Positions 30,001 through 40,860 of a stretch of 64,000 nt of DNA are shown here, one piece after another. The notes under the pieces were generated by a model that was not told where the DNA came from, made no database searches, and was given only the letters and a program-made list of their open reading frames with translations. Origin of the DNA: Eledone cirrhosa (Eukaryota); NCBI GenBank assembly GCA_964016885.1, contig OZ024742.1:198338001-198402000 (forward strand), in the 5' to 3' direction. Made by a program: the position numbers and the translations under genes. Each line of letters begins with the position of its first letter. Position 1 is the first letter of the stretch.

Positions 30001-33000
30001 ATTACTGGCTCTAGTACTCACAGTGAGTAACATTCAACTTTCCTCAACACGACCTACACATCTCATTTCTCTTCACAACATTCATTACTGGCTCTAGTCC
30101 TCACACTGGGTAACATTCAACTTTCCTCAACACAACCTACACATCTCATTTGTCTTCACAATATTCATTAATGGCTCTAGTCCTCTCACTGAGTAACATT
30201 CAACTTTCCTCAACACGACCTACACATCTCATTTCTCTTCACAACATTCATTAATGGCTCTAGTCCTCTCACTGAGTAACATTCAACTTTCCTCAACACG
30301 ACCTACACATTTCATTTCTCTTCACAACATTCATCACCGGCTCTAGTCCTCTCATTGAGTAACATTCAACTTTCCTCACCACGACCTACACATCTCATTT
30401 CTCTTCACAACATTCATCACTCGCTCTAGTCCTCTCACTGAGTAACATTCAACTTTCCTCAACACGACATACACATCTCATTTCTCTTCACAATATTCAT
30501 TACTGGCTCTAGTCCTCTCACTGAGTAACATTCAACTTTCCTCAACACGACCTACATATCTCATTTCTCTTCACAACATTCATCACTGGCTCTAGTCCTC
30601 TCACTGAGTAACATTCAACTTTCCTCAACACGACCTACACATCTCATTACTCTTCACAACATTCATTACTGGCTCTAGTCCTCACACTGAGTAACATTCA
30701 ACATTCCTCAACACGACCTACACATCTCATGTCTCTTCACAATATTCATTACTGGCTCAAGTCCTCACACTAAGTAACATTCAACTTTCCTCAACACGAC
30801 CTACACATTTCATTTCTCTTCACAACATTCATCACCGGCTCTAGTCCTCTCATTGAGTAACATTCAACTTTCCTCACCACGACCTACACATTTCATTTCT
30901 CTTCACAACATTCATTACTGGCTCTAGTCCTCTCATTGAGTAACATTCAACTTTCCTCAACACGACCTACACATCTCATTTCTCTTCACAATATTCATTA
31001 CTGGCTCTAGTCCTCTCATTGAGTAACATTCAACTTTCCTCAACACGACCTACACATCTCATTTCTCTTCACAATATTCATTACTGGCTCTAGTCCTCTC
31101 ACTGAGTAACATTCAACTTTCCTCAACACGACCTACATATCTCATTTCTCTTCACAACATTCATCACTGGCTCTAGTCCTCTCACTGAGTAACATTCAAC
31201 TTTCCTCAACACGACCTACACATCTCATTTCTCTTCACAACACTCATTACTGGCTCTAGTCCTCTCATTGAGTAACATTCAACTTTCCTCAACACGACCT
31301 ACACATCTCATTACTCTTCACAACATTCATTACTGGCTCTAGTCCTCACACTGAGTAACATTCAACATTCCTCAACACGACCTACACATCTCATGTCTCT
31401 TCACAACATTCATTACTGGCTCTAGTCCTCACACTGAGTAACATTCAACTTTCCTCAACACGACCTACACATCTCATTACTCTTCACAACATTCATTACT
31501 GGCTCTAGTCCTCTCACTGAGTAACATTCAACATTCCTCAACACGACCTACACATCTCATGTCTCTTCACAACATTCATTACTGGCTCTAGTCCTCTCAC
31601 TGAGTAACATTCAACTTTCCTCAACACGACCTACACATCTCATTTCTCTTCACAATATTCATTACTGGCTCTAGTCCTCACACTGAGTAACATACAACTA
31701 TCCTCAACACGACCTACACATCTCATTTCTCTTCACAACATTCATTACTGGCTCTAGTCCTCACACTGAGTAACATTCAACTTTCCTCAACACAACCTAC
31801 ACATCTCATTTCTCTTCACAATATTCATTAATGGCTCTAGTCCTCTCACTGAGTAACATTCAACTTTCCTCAACACGACCTACACATCTCATTTCTCTTC
31901 ACAATATTCATTAATGGCTCTAGTCCTCTCACTGAGTAACATTCAACTTTCCTCAACACGACCTACACATTTCATTTCTCTTCACAACATTCATCACTGG
32001 CTCTAGTCCTCTCACTGAGTAACATTCAACTTTCCTCAACACGACCTACACATCTCATTTCTCTTCACAATATTCATTAATGGCTCTAGTCCTCTCACTG
32101 AGTAACATTCAACTTTCCTCAACACGACCTACACATTTCATTTCTCTTCACAACATTCATCACCGGCTCTAGTCCTCTCACTGAGTAACATTCAACTCTC
32201 CTCAACACGACCTACACATCTCATTTCTCTTCACAATATTCATCACTGGCTCTAGTCCTCTCACTGAGTAACATTCAACTTTCCTCAACACGACCTACAC
32301 ATTTCATTTCTCTTCACAATATTCATCACCGGCTCTAGTCGTCTCACTGAGTAACATTCAACTTTCCTCAACACGACCTACACATCTCATTTCTCTTCAC
32401 AATGTTCATTACTGGCTCTAGTCCTCTCACTGAGTAACATTCAACTTTCCTCAACACGACCTACACATCTCATTTCTCTTCACAACATTCATTAATGGCT
32501 CTAGTCCTCACACTGAGTAACATTCAACTTTCCTGAACACGACCTACACATCTCATTTCTCTTCACAATATTAATAACTGGCTCTAGTCCTCTCACTGAG
32601 TAACATTCAACTTTCCTCAACACGACCTACACATTTCATTTCTCTTCACAACATTCATCACCGGCTCTAGTCGTCTCACTGAGTAACATTCAACTTTCCT
32701 CAACACGACCTACACATTTCATTTCTCTGCACAATATTCATTACTGGCTCTAGTCCTCTCACTGAGTAACATTGAACTTTCCTCAACACGACCTACATAT
32801 CTCATTTCTCTTCACAACATTCATTACTGGCTCTAGTCCTCTCACTGAGTAACATTCAACTTTCCTCAACACGACCTACACATCTCATTTCTCTTCACAA
32901 CATTCATTACTGGCTCTAGTCCTCACACTGAGTAACATTCAACTTTACACAACACGACCTACATATCTCATTTCTCTTCACATTCATTACTGGCTCTAGT

Positions 33001-36000
33001 CCTCTCACTGAGTAACATTCAACTTTCCTCAACACGACCTACACATTTCATTTCTCTTCACAACATTCATCACTGGCTCTAGTCCTCTCACTGAGTAACA
33101 TTCAACTTTCCTCAACACGACCTACACATCATATTTCTCTTCACAACATTCATTACTGGCTCTAGTCCTCTCACTGAGTAACATTGAACTTTCCTCAACA
33201 CGACCTACACATCTCATTTCTCTTCACAACATTCATTACTGGCTCTAGTCCTCACACTGAGTAACATTGAACTTTCCTCAACACGACCTACACATCTCAT
33301 TTCTCTTCACAACATTCATCACTGGCTCTAGTCCTCTCACTGAGTAACATTCAACTTTCCTCAACACGACCTACACATCATATTTCTCTTCACAACATTC
33401 ATTACTGGCTCTAGTCCTCTCACTGAGTAACATTCAACTTTCCTCAACACGACCTACACATTTCATTTCTCTTCACAACATTCATCACTGGCTCTAGTCC
33501 TCTCACTGAGTAACATTCAACTTTCCTCAACACGACCTACACATCATATTTCTCTTCACAACATTCATTACTGGCTCTAGTCCTCTCACTGAGTAACATT
33601 CAACTTTCCTCAACACGACCTACACATTTCATTTCTCTTCACAACATTCATCACTGGCTCTAGTCCTCTCACTGAGTAACATTCAACTTTCCTCAACACG
33701 ACCTACACATCATATTTCTCTTCACAACATTCATTACTGGCTCTAGTCCTCTCACTGAGTAACATTGAACTTTCCTCAACACGACCTACATATCTCATTT
33801 CTCTTCACAACACTCATTACTGGCTCTAGTCCTCTCACTGAGTAACATTCAACTTTCCTCAACACGACCTACACATCTCATTTCTCTTCACAACATTCAT
33901 TACTGGCTCTAGTCCTCACACTGAGTAACATTCAACTTTCCTCACCACGACCTACACATCTCATTTCTCTTCACAACATTCATTACTGGCTCTAGTCCTC
34001 TCACTGAGTAACATTCAACTTTCCTCAACACGACCTACACATCTCATTTCTCTTCACAACATTCATTACTGGCTCTAGTCCTCACACTGAGTAACATTCA
34101 ACTTTCCTCACCACGACCTACACATCTCATTTCTCTTCACAACATTCATTACTGGCTCTAGTCCTCACACTGAGTAACATTCAACTATCCTCAACACGAC
34201 CTACACATCTCATTTCTCTTCACAACATTCATCACTCGCTCTACTCCTCTCACTGAGTAACATTCAACTTCCCTCAACACGACCTACACATCTTATTTCT
34301 CTTCACAACATTCATTACTGGCTCTAGTCCTCTCACTGAGTAACATTCAACTTTCCTCAACACGACCTACACATCTCATTTCTCTTCACAACATTCATCA
34401 CTGGCTCTAGTCCTCTCACTGAGTAACATTCAACTTTCCTCAACACGACCTACACATCTTATTTCTCTTCACAACATTCATTACTGGCTCTAGTCCTCTC
34501 ACTGAGTAACATTCAACTTTCCTCAACACGACCTACACATCTCATTTCTCTTCACAACATTCATCACTGGCTCTAGTCCTCTCACTGAGTAACATTCAAC
34601 TTTCCTCAACACGACCTACACATCTCATTTCTCTTCACAATATTCATTAATGGCTCTAGTCCTCTCACTGAGAAACATTCAACTTTCCTCAACACGACCT
34701 ACACATTTCATTTCTCTTCACAACATTCATCACCGGCTCTAGTCCTCTCACTGAGTAACATTCAACTTTCCTCAACACGACCTGCACATCTCATTTCTCT
34801 TCACAATATTCATCACTGGCTCTAGTCCTCTCACTGAGTAACATTCAACTTTCCTCAACACGACCTACACATCTCATTTCTCTTCACAACATTCATTACT
34901 GGCTCTAGTCCTCTCACTGAGTAACATTCAACTTTCCTCACCACGACCTACACATCTCATTTCTCTTCACAACATTCATTACTGGCTCTAGTCCTCTCAC
35001 TGAGTAACATTCAACTTTCCTCAACACGACATACGCATCTCATTTCTCTTCACAATATTCCTCACTGGCTCTAGTCCTCTCACTGAGTAACATTCAACTT
35101 TCCTCAACACGACCTACACATCTCATTTCTCTTCACAACATTCATTACTGGCTCTAGTCCTCACACTGAGTAACATTCAACTTTCCTCAACACGACCTAC
35201 ACATCTCATTTCTCTTCACAATATTCATTACTGGCTCTAGTCCTCTCACTGAGTAACATTGAACTTTCCTCAACACGACCTACACATTTCATTTCTCTTC
35301 ACAACATTCATCGCTGGCTCTAGTCCTCTCACTGAGTAACATGCAACTTTCCTCAACACGACCTACACATCTCATTTCTCTTCACAATATTCCTCACTGG
35401 CTCTAGTCCTCTCACTGAGTAACATTCAACTGTCCTCAACACGACCTACACATCTCATTTCTCTTCACAACATTCAACTTTCCTCAACACGACCTACACA
35501 TTTCATTTCTCTTCACAACAGTCATCACTGGCTCTAGTCCTCTCACTGAGTAAAATTCAACTTTCCTCAACACGACCTACACATCTCATTTCTCTTCACA
35601 TCATTCATCACTGGCTCTAGTCCTCTCACTGAGTAACATTCAACTTTCCTCAACACGACCTACACATCTCATTTCTCTTCACAACATTCATCACAGGCTC
35701 TAGTCCTCTCACTGAGTAGCATTCAACGTTCCTCAACACGACCTACACATCTCATTTCTCTTCACAATATTCATTAATGGCTCTAGTCCTCTCACTGAGT
35801 AACATTCAACTTTCCTCAACACGACCTACACATCTCATTTCTCTTCACAACATTTATCACTGGCTCTAGTCCTCTCACTGAGTAACATTCAACGTTCCTC
35901 AACACGACCTACACATCTCATTTCTCTTCACAATATTCATTAATGGCTCTAGTCCTCTCACTGAGTAACATTCAACTTTCCTCAACACGACCTACACATC

Positions 36001-38478
36001 TCATTTCTCTTCACAATATTCATTAATGGCTCTAGTCCTCTCACTGAGTAACATTCAACTTTCCTCAACACGACCTACACATCTCATTTCTCTTCACAAC
36101 ATTCATTACTGGCTCTAGTCCTCTCACTGAGTAACATTCAACTTTCCTCAACACGACCTACACATCTCATTTCTCTTCACAACATTCATCACTGGCTCTA
36201 GTCCTCTCACTGAGTAACATTCAACTTTCTTCAACACGACCTACACATTTCATTTCTCTTCACAATATTCATTACTGGCTCTAGTCCTCTCACCGAGTAA
36301 CATTCAACTTTCTTCAACACGACCTACACATCTCATTTCTCTTCACAATATTCATTACTGGCTCTAGTCCTCTCACTGAGTAACATTCAACTTTCCTCAA
36401 CACGACCTACACATCTCATTACTCTTCACAACATTCATTACTAGCTCTAGTCCTCACACTGAGTAACATTCAACATTCCTCAACACGACCTACACATCTC
36501 ATGTCTCTTCACAATATTCATTACTGGCTCTAGTCCTCTCACTGAGTAACATTCAACTTTCCTCAACACGACCTACACATCTCATTTCTCTTCACAACAT
36601 TCATTAATGGCTCTAGTCCTCACACTGAGTAACAGTCAACTTTCCTCAACACGACCTACACATCTCATTTCTCTTCACAACATTTATCACTGGCTCTAGT
36701 GCTCTCACTGAGTAACATTCAACTTTCCTCAACACGACCTACACATCTCATTTCTCTTCACAACATTCATCACAGGCTCTAGTCCTCTCACTGAGTAGCA
36801 TTCAACGTTCCTCAACACGACCTACACATCTCATTTCTCTTCACAATATTCATTAATGGCTCTAGTCCTCTCACTGAGTAACATTCAACTTTCCTCAACA
36901 CGACCTACACATCTCATTTCTCTTCACAACATTTATCACTGGCTCTAGTCCTCTCACTGAGTAACATTCAACGTTCCTCAACACGACCTACACATCTCAT
37001 TTCTCTTCACAATATTCATTAATGGCTCTAGTCCTCTCACTGAGTAACATTCAACTTTCCTCAACACGACCTACAGATCTCATTTCTCTTCACAACATTT
37101 ATCACTGGCTCTAGTCCTCTCACCGAGTAACATTCAACGTTCCTCAACACGACCTACACATCTCATTTCTCTTCACAACATTTATCACTGGCTCTAGTCC
37201 TCTCACTGAGTAACATTCAACGTTCCTCAACACGACCTACACATCTCATTTCTCTTCACAATATTCATTAATGGCTCTAGTCCTCTCACTGAGTAACATT
37301 CAACTTTCCTCAACACGACCTACAGATCTCATTTCTCTTCACAACATTTATCACTGGCTCTAGTCCTCTCACCGAGTAACATTCAACGTTCCTCAACACG
37401 ACCTACACATCTCATTTCTCTTCACAACATTCATCACTGGCTCTAGTCCTCTCACTGAGTAACATTCAACTTTCCTCAACACGACCTACACATCTCATTT
37501 CTCTTCACAATATTCATCACTGGCTCTAGTGATCTCACTGAGTAACATTCAACTTTCCTCAACACGACCTACACATCTCATTTCTCTTCACAACATTCAT
37601 CACTGGCTCTAGTGATCTCACTGAGTAACATTCAACTTTCCTCAACACGACCTACACATCTCATTTCTCTTCACAACATTCATCACTGGCTCTAGTCCTC
37701 TCACTGAGTAACATTCAACTTTCCTCAACACGACCTACACATCTCATGTCTCTTCACAATATTCATTACTGGCTCTAGTCCTCACACTAAGTAACATTCA
37801 ACTTTCCTCAACACGACCTACACATCTCATTTCTCTTCACAATATTCATCACTGGCTCTAGTCCTCTCACTGAGTAACATTCAACTTTCCTCAACACGAC
37901 CTACACATCTCATTTCTCTTCACAATATTCATCACTGGCTCTAGTCCTCTCACTGAGTAACATTCAACTTTCCTCAACACGACCTACACATCTCATTTCT
38001 CTTCACAACATTCATTACTGGCTCTAGTCCTCTCACTGAGTAACATTCAACTTTCCTCAACACGATCTACACATCTCATTTCTCTTCACAACATTCATTA
38101 CTGGCTCTAGTCCTCTCACTGAGTAACATTCAACTTTCCTCAACACAATCTACACATCTCATTTCTCTTCACAACATTCATTACTGGCTCTAGTCCTCTC
38201 ACTGAGTAACATTCAACTTTCCTCAACACGATCTACACATCTCATTTCTCTTCACAACATTCATTACTGGCTCTAGTCCTCTCACTGAGTAACATTCAAC
38301 TTTCCTCAACACGATCTACACATCTCATTTCTCTTCACAACATTTATCACTGGCTCTAGTCCTCTCACTGAGTAACATTCAACGTTCCTCAACACGACCT
38401 ACACATCTCATTTCTCTTCACAACAGTCATCACTGGCTCTAGTCCTCTCACTGAGTAACATTCAACTTTCCTCAACAC
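1..38478. repeat. 83-bp satellite array (~460 monomers, continues beyond the left edge), derived from RTE LINE coding sequence
   Basis: Consensus is GGCTCTAGTCCTCTCACTGAGTAACATTCAACTTTCCTCAACACGACCTACACATCTCATTTCTCTTCACAACATTCATCACT. The period is 83 (e.g. starts at 301 and 384), head-to-tail with point variants and occasional 49-bp and 80-bp monomers. The last repeat-matching bases are CTCAACAC, ending at 38478. Confidence 0.99.
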
Positions 38479-38790
38479 ATGACCCAACCATCTCATTCTA
38501 TTTCTCCACACAACATTCATCACCAGTTCTATCCCCACAATCCTTTTGTCCCTCCAGGCCATTCTCATTTCTGCTCCACTTTTTACATTACACATGTCTC
38601 ACTCCGATAAGTTATGGCACTTCTCAAACATGCAGCATACACCTTTCCCTTCCCTTCTTTCCAGCTCCATGTTCACTACCCATGTCTTGCTCCCATAAAT
38701 AATGGCACTTCAAACACATTCATCATACACCTTTTCCTTCCATTCTTTCCAGCCTTCTCTGTTGCCCCACATTTATCACCCACATCTCAC
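38479..38790 (-). mobile_element. Degenerate RTE-clade LINE ORF fragment (region C-terminal to RT), source of the 83-bp satellite
   Basis: The minus strand gives KVYDECV*SAIIYGSKTW, a second KGKVYAACLRSAITYRSET-like segment, and ..RIVGIELVMNVVWRNRMRWLGHVLRKVE. These parallel KGRLYDACIRTAMLHGSETW and RRLRWYGHVMR in the RTE ORF at 40861-42029. Stops and frameshifts are present. Confidence 0.85.
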
Positions 38791-38923
38791 TTCAATAAAT
38801 TATAGTACTTCTCACATATGCAGCCTGGTTTTATTATGCCCAGGATGAGTAGAATAAAGCCATCATTATCAATTCAAAGATGACTAATTAAAAACCCCTC
38901 TCATACCTGTAATAGGTTCTTAC

Positions 38924-38964
38924 CTTTAATGAGAACTTGTATGAATCACCACCTTCATCTTGAC
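38924..38964 (-). CDS. IPO11: Importin-11 internal coding exon (41 bp), (C)QDEGGDSYKFSLK
   Basis: Acceptor is ttgtttag|GT and donor is AAG|gtaaga. The phase-1 start completes TGT with the preceding exon. The peptide resembles vertebrate IPO11 EETGGDSWKYSLR as recalled from memory. Confidence 0.88.
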
Positions 38965-39006
38965 CTAAACAACAACAACATGTATTAGTGTTGTGAAATA
39001 TTTTAA

Positions 39007-39612
39007 CTCTTAATGCCCTGTATTGCATTTAACAACATTAGTAAGACAGTCTTAAAAAGTGTGAAACAGTCCTATGTGTACATCACATAAGTCTTTACTC
39101 TAAAACTGTAAATTTTCACAATCTGTCGACTAGTAAAGATACTATAAACAATTGAATTAACAAACCAGATGAAAATACTATGGGCATGTGGTTAGAATGT
39201 CTCAGGAAAGAATCACTAGACAGATTTTATGGGCCAAACCAACCGGCAAGAGACCCAGGAGTAGACCCCAAGTAAGATGGTTAGATAACATCCATGAGCT
39301 TGGCTGGTCTTGCTTGGGGATCCAGTCAGATCAGTTGGATATAGTTGCTTCTGACAGGACCCACTGGAAGAAGTGTTTGAGGAATCTGCCCCCATGACCA
39401 TCTCAGGAATAAGTGGGCAAAGAAGAGATGATGAAACTACATAGAAAGACAATCTTGAAAAGTACAAAACAGCACTATGACTGCATCACATTAAAAATTA
39501 AAGTTTTTATTTTACTATAATAAACTGTCTACTAGTAAAGACACTATAAACATTTGAATTTACAAACAAATCTTTAGATATTTTCTGCTAAATCATTACA
39601 GGATGTTAAGAG
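39007..39612. mobile_element. Non-autonomous DNA transposon (MITE) with TTAA target duplication, piggyBac-like, carrying a nested RTE fragment
   Basis: TTAA is present at 39003-39006 and 39613-39616. The imperfect TIRs are left CTCTTAATGCCCTGTATTGCATTTA and reverse-complemented right CTCTTAACATCCTGTAATGATTTA. Confidence 0.7.
39166..39437 (+). mobile_element. 3' terminal fragment of an RTE-clade (Expander/Rex3-like) LINE
   Basis: Translates as YYGHVVRMSQERITRQILWAKPTGKRPRSRPQVRWLDNIHELGWSCLGI...WKKCLRNLPP, the typical RTE C-terminal GHV..R / G.RP.GRP..RW motif. It is followed by a short UTR ending AAGAAGAGATGATGA. Confidence 0.85.
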
Positions 39613-39877
39613 TTAACAAAATAACAAATCAAAATGGTAAGTTGAGATTATCATCAGCAGTATAAGGTTTTATATCCCTTCCTTCATGTTACTATTTAAC
39701 ACTAGGTAAAGTCTTATTAACCACACCTATGATCAAAGGTAACCATCCTCTTTGTTTTGAATATCTAGGACTATATTGTTCAATGTGTCCTTTTGATAAG
39801 GAAGAGTGTAATTTAAAATAATTTTGCTCCTATTTCTAGCAGATAGAGCAACCATATTGATGTTCCTTTTGTTGGTT

Positions 39878-40210
39878 TGATGACAAAGATGATGGTAGTG
39901 GTTACGATGATGATTATGGTGATAGTGGTGATGTTGATGATGATAGAGATGGTGATGATGAGAGATAGTGCTAATCGTAATATGTGATGATGATGAAGAC
40001 AGTGGTGGTAATAGGTGATGATGATGAAGATGATGGTGGTGATGAGAAATAGTGCTAAATGTAATAGGTGATGATGATGGAGATGATGGTGGTGGTGATG
40101 AGAAATAGTGCTAAATGTAATAGGTGATGATGATAATGATAATAGTAATAAATGATGGTGGTAGTGATGAATATGATGGCAGTATTAATGTTAATAATGA
40201 TGATGATAAT
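39878..40210. repeat. Degenerate (GAT/GGT/AAT)n trinucleotide tract with an internal ~60-bp tandem duplication
   Basis: Runs of gatgatgat/ggtggt. The segment GGTGATGAGAAATAGTGCTAAATGTAATAGGTGATGATGAT occurs at ~40038 and ~40094, with a diverged copy at ~39955. Confidence 0.9.
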
Positions 40211-40226
40211 GCTTTGGTTGACTTAC

Positions 40227-40382
40227 AAAATGACTCTGGATCAGACTCCCACGTCTGTAGATCCTCAGGAGACAGCAGAAAATAACGGTTTATAAGATGG
40301 CAACATATCTCAGTCAGTGTACTTGGGGTGAGGGTTTCCATCTTTAGTTTGTGAGCTTCTACTGAAGCTGGGTTGACTTTCT
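40227..40382 (-). CDS. IPO11: Importin-11 internal coding exon (156 bp), (E)KVNPASVEAHKLKMETLTPSTLTEICCHLINRYFLLSPEDLQTWESDPESF
   Basis: Acceptor is ttttgcag|AG and donor is T|gtaagt, phase 1-1. The peptide closely resembles the recalled IPO11 segment LEAHKIKMAFFTYPTLTEICRRLVSHYFLLTEEELTMWEEDPEGF, including the importin-beta family W..DP..F motif. Confidence 0.93.
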
Positions 40383-40452
40383 CTGCAAAACATGAACAAC
40401 GAATTTAACAAAACACAATCCGTGCCATTTTCTTTTCATTTTTACAGCTATC

Positions 40453-40587
40453 AAAAAGCACCTAGTCCACTTTGTAACATGGTAGTCCTGGTGACATGAT
40501 AAAATGCACCCAGTCCACTCTGTAAAACGGTAGTCCTGGTGACATGATAAAATGTACCCAGTCCACTCTGTAACATAGTAGTCCTGG
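40453..40587 (+). repeat. 48-bp minisatellite (~2.8 copies) related to the RTE 3'UTR/SINE head segment
   Basis: AGTCCAC recurs at 40464, 40512 and 40560. The unit GTGACATGATAAAATGCACCCAGTCCACTCTGTAA resembles GTCACGATAAGAAGCACTCAGTACACACTGTAA at ~40690. Confidence 0.8.
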
Positions 40588-40669
40588 ATAGAATAAGTAA
40601 TATTTATTTGTTTTTTTTATCAAACTTTTAATAAAGCCATGTTTGTGGATTGTGTGTGTGTTTTCACAC

Positions 40670-40860
40670 AGTAGAGTGATCGTGTAGGAGTCACGATAAG
40701 AAGCACTCAGTACACACTGTAAAATGTGGCTGGAGTTAGGAAGGGCATCCAGCCGTAGAAATCAAGCCAAAATCAGTTGTGTGAGCAAAACAGGGTCATC
40801 CAACCTGGCCGTCTAACCCATGCTAGCATGGATAATGGATGTTAAACTATGATGACGATG
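40670..40860 (+). mobile_element. RTE 3'UTR-type short retroelement copy (SINE or truncated LINE tail) ending in a GAT tail
   Basis: Shares CACACTGTAAA.TGTGG.TGG.GTTAGGAAGGGCATCCAGC.GTAGAAA and ACCCATGC.AGC.TGGA...GGA.G.TAAAC.(GAT)n with the LINE 3'UTR at 42230-42510. Confidence 0.8.

Noticed and set aside
1-38478. CRISPR array, or repeat array plus RT as a prokaryotic-type system (retron, DGR, RT-Cas)
   Set aside because: There are no unique spacers, as the whole monomer repeats. The context is a spliceosomal gene with SINEs, and the RT is an RTE-clade non-LTR enzyme.
1-38478. TAG|GT in each monomer on the minus strand as recursive splice sites
   Set aside because: The upstream sequence is purine-rich with no polypyrimidine tract, and the following GTCGTG is a poor donor.
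39670-39877. Probable old interspersed repeat (contains GCTCCTATTTCTAGCAG)
   Set aside because: It resembles a motif I recall from octopus repeats, but no termini, TSD or second copy in the window support a call.
40111-40341. 76-aa ORF as a stand-alone gene
   Set aside because: It is part of the IPO11 exon read through the donor at 40226 into the ATC-type microsatellite.
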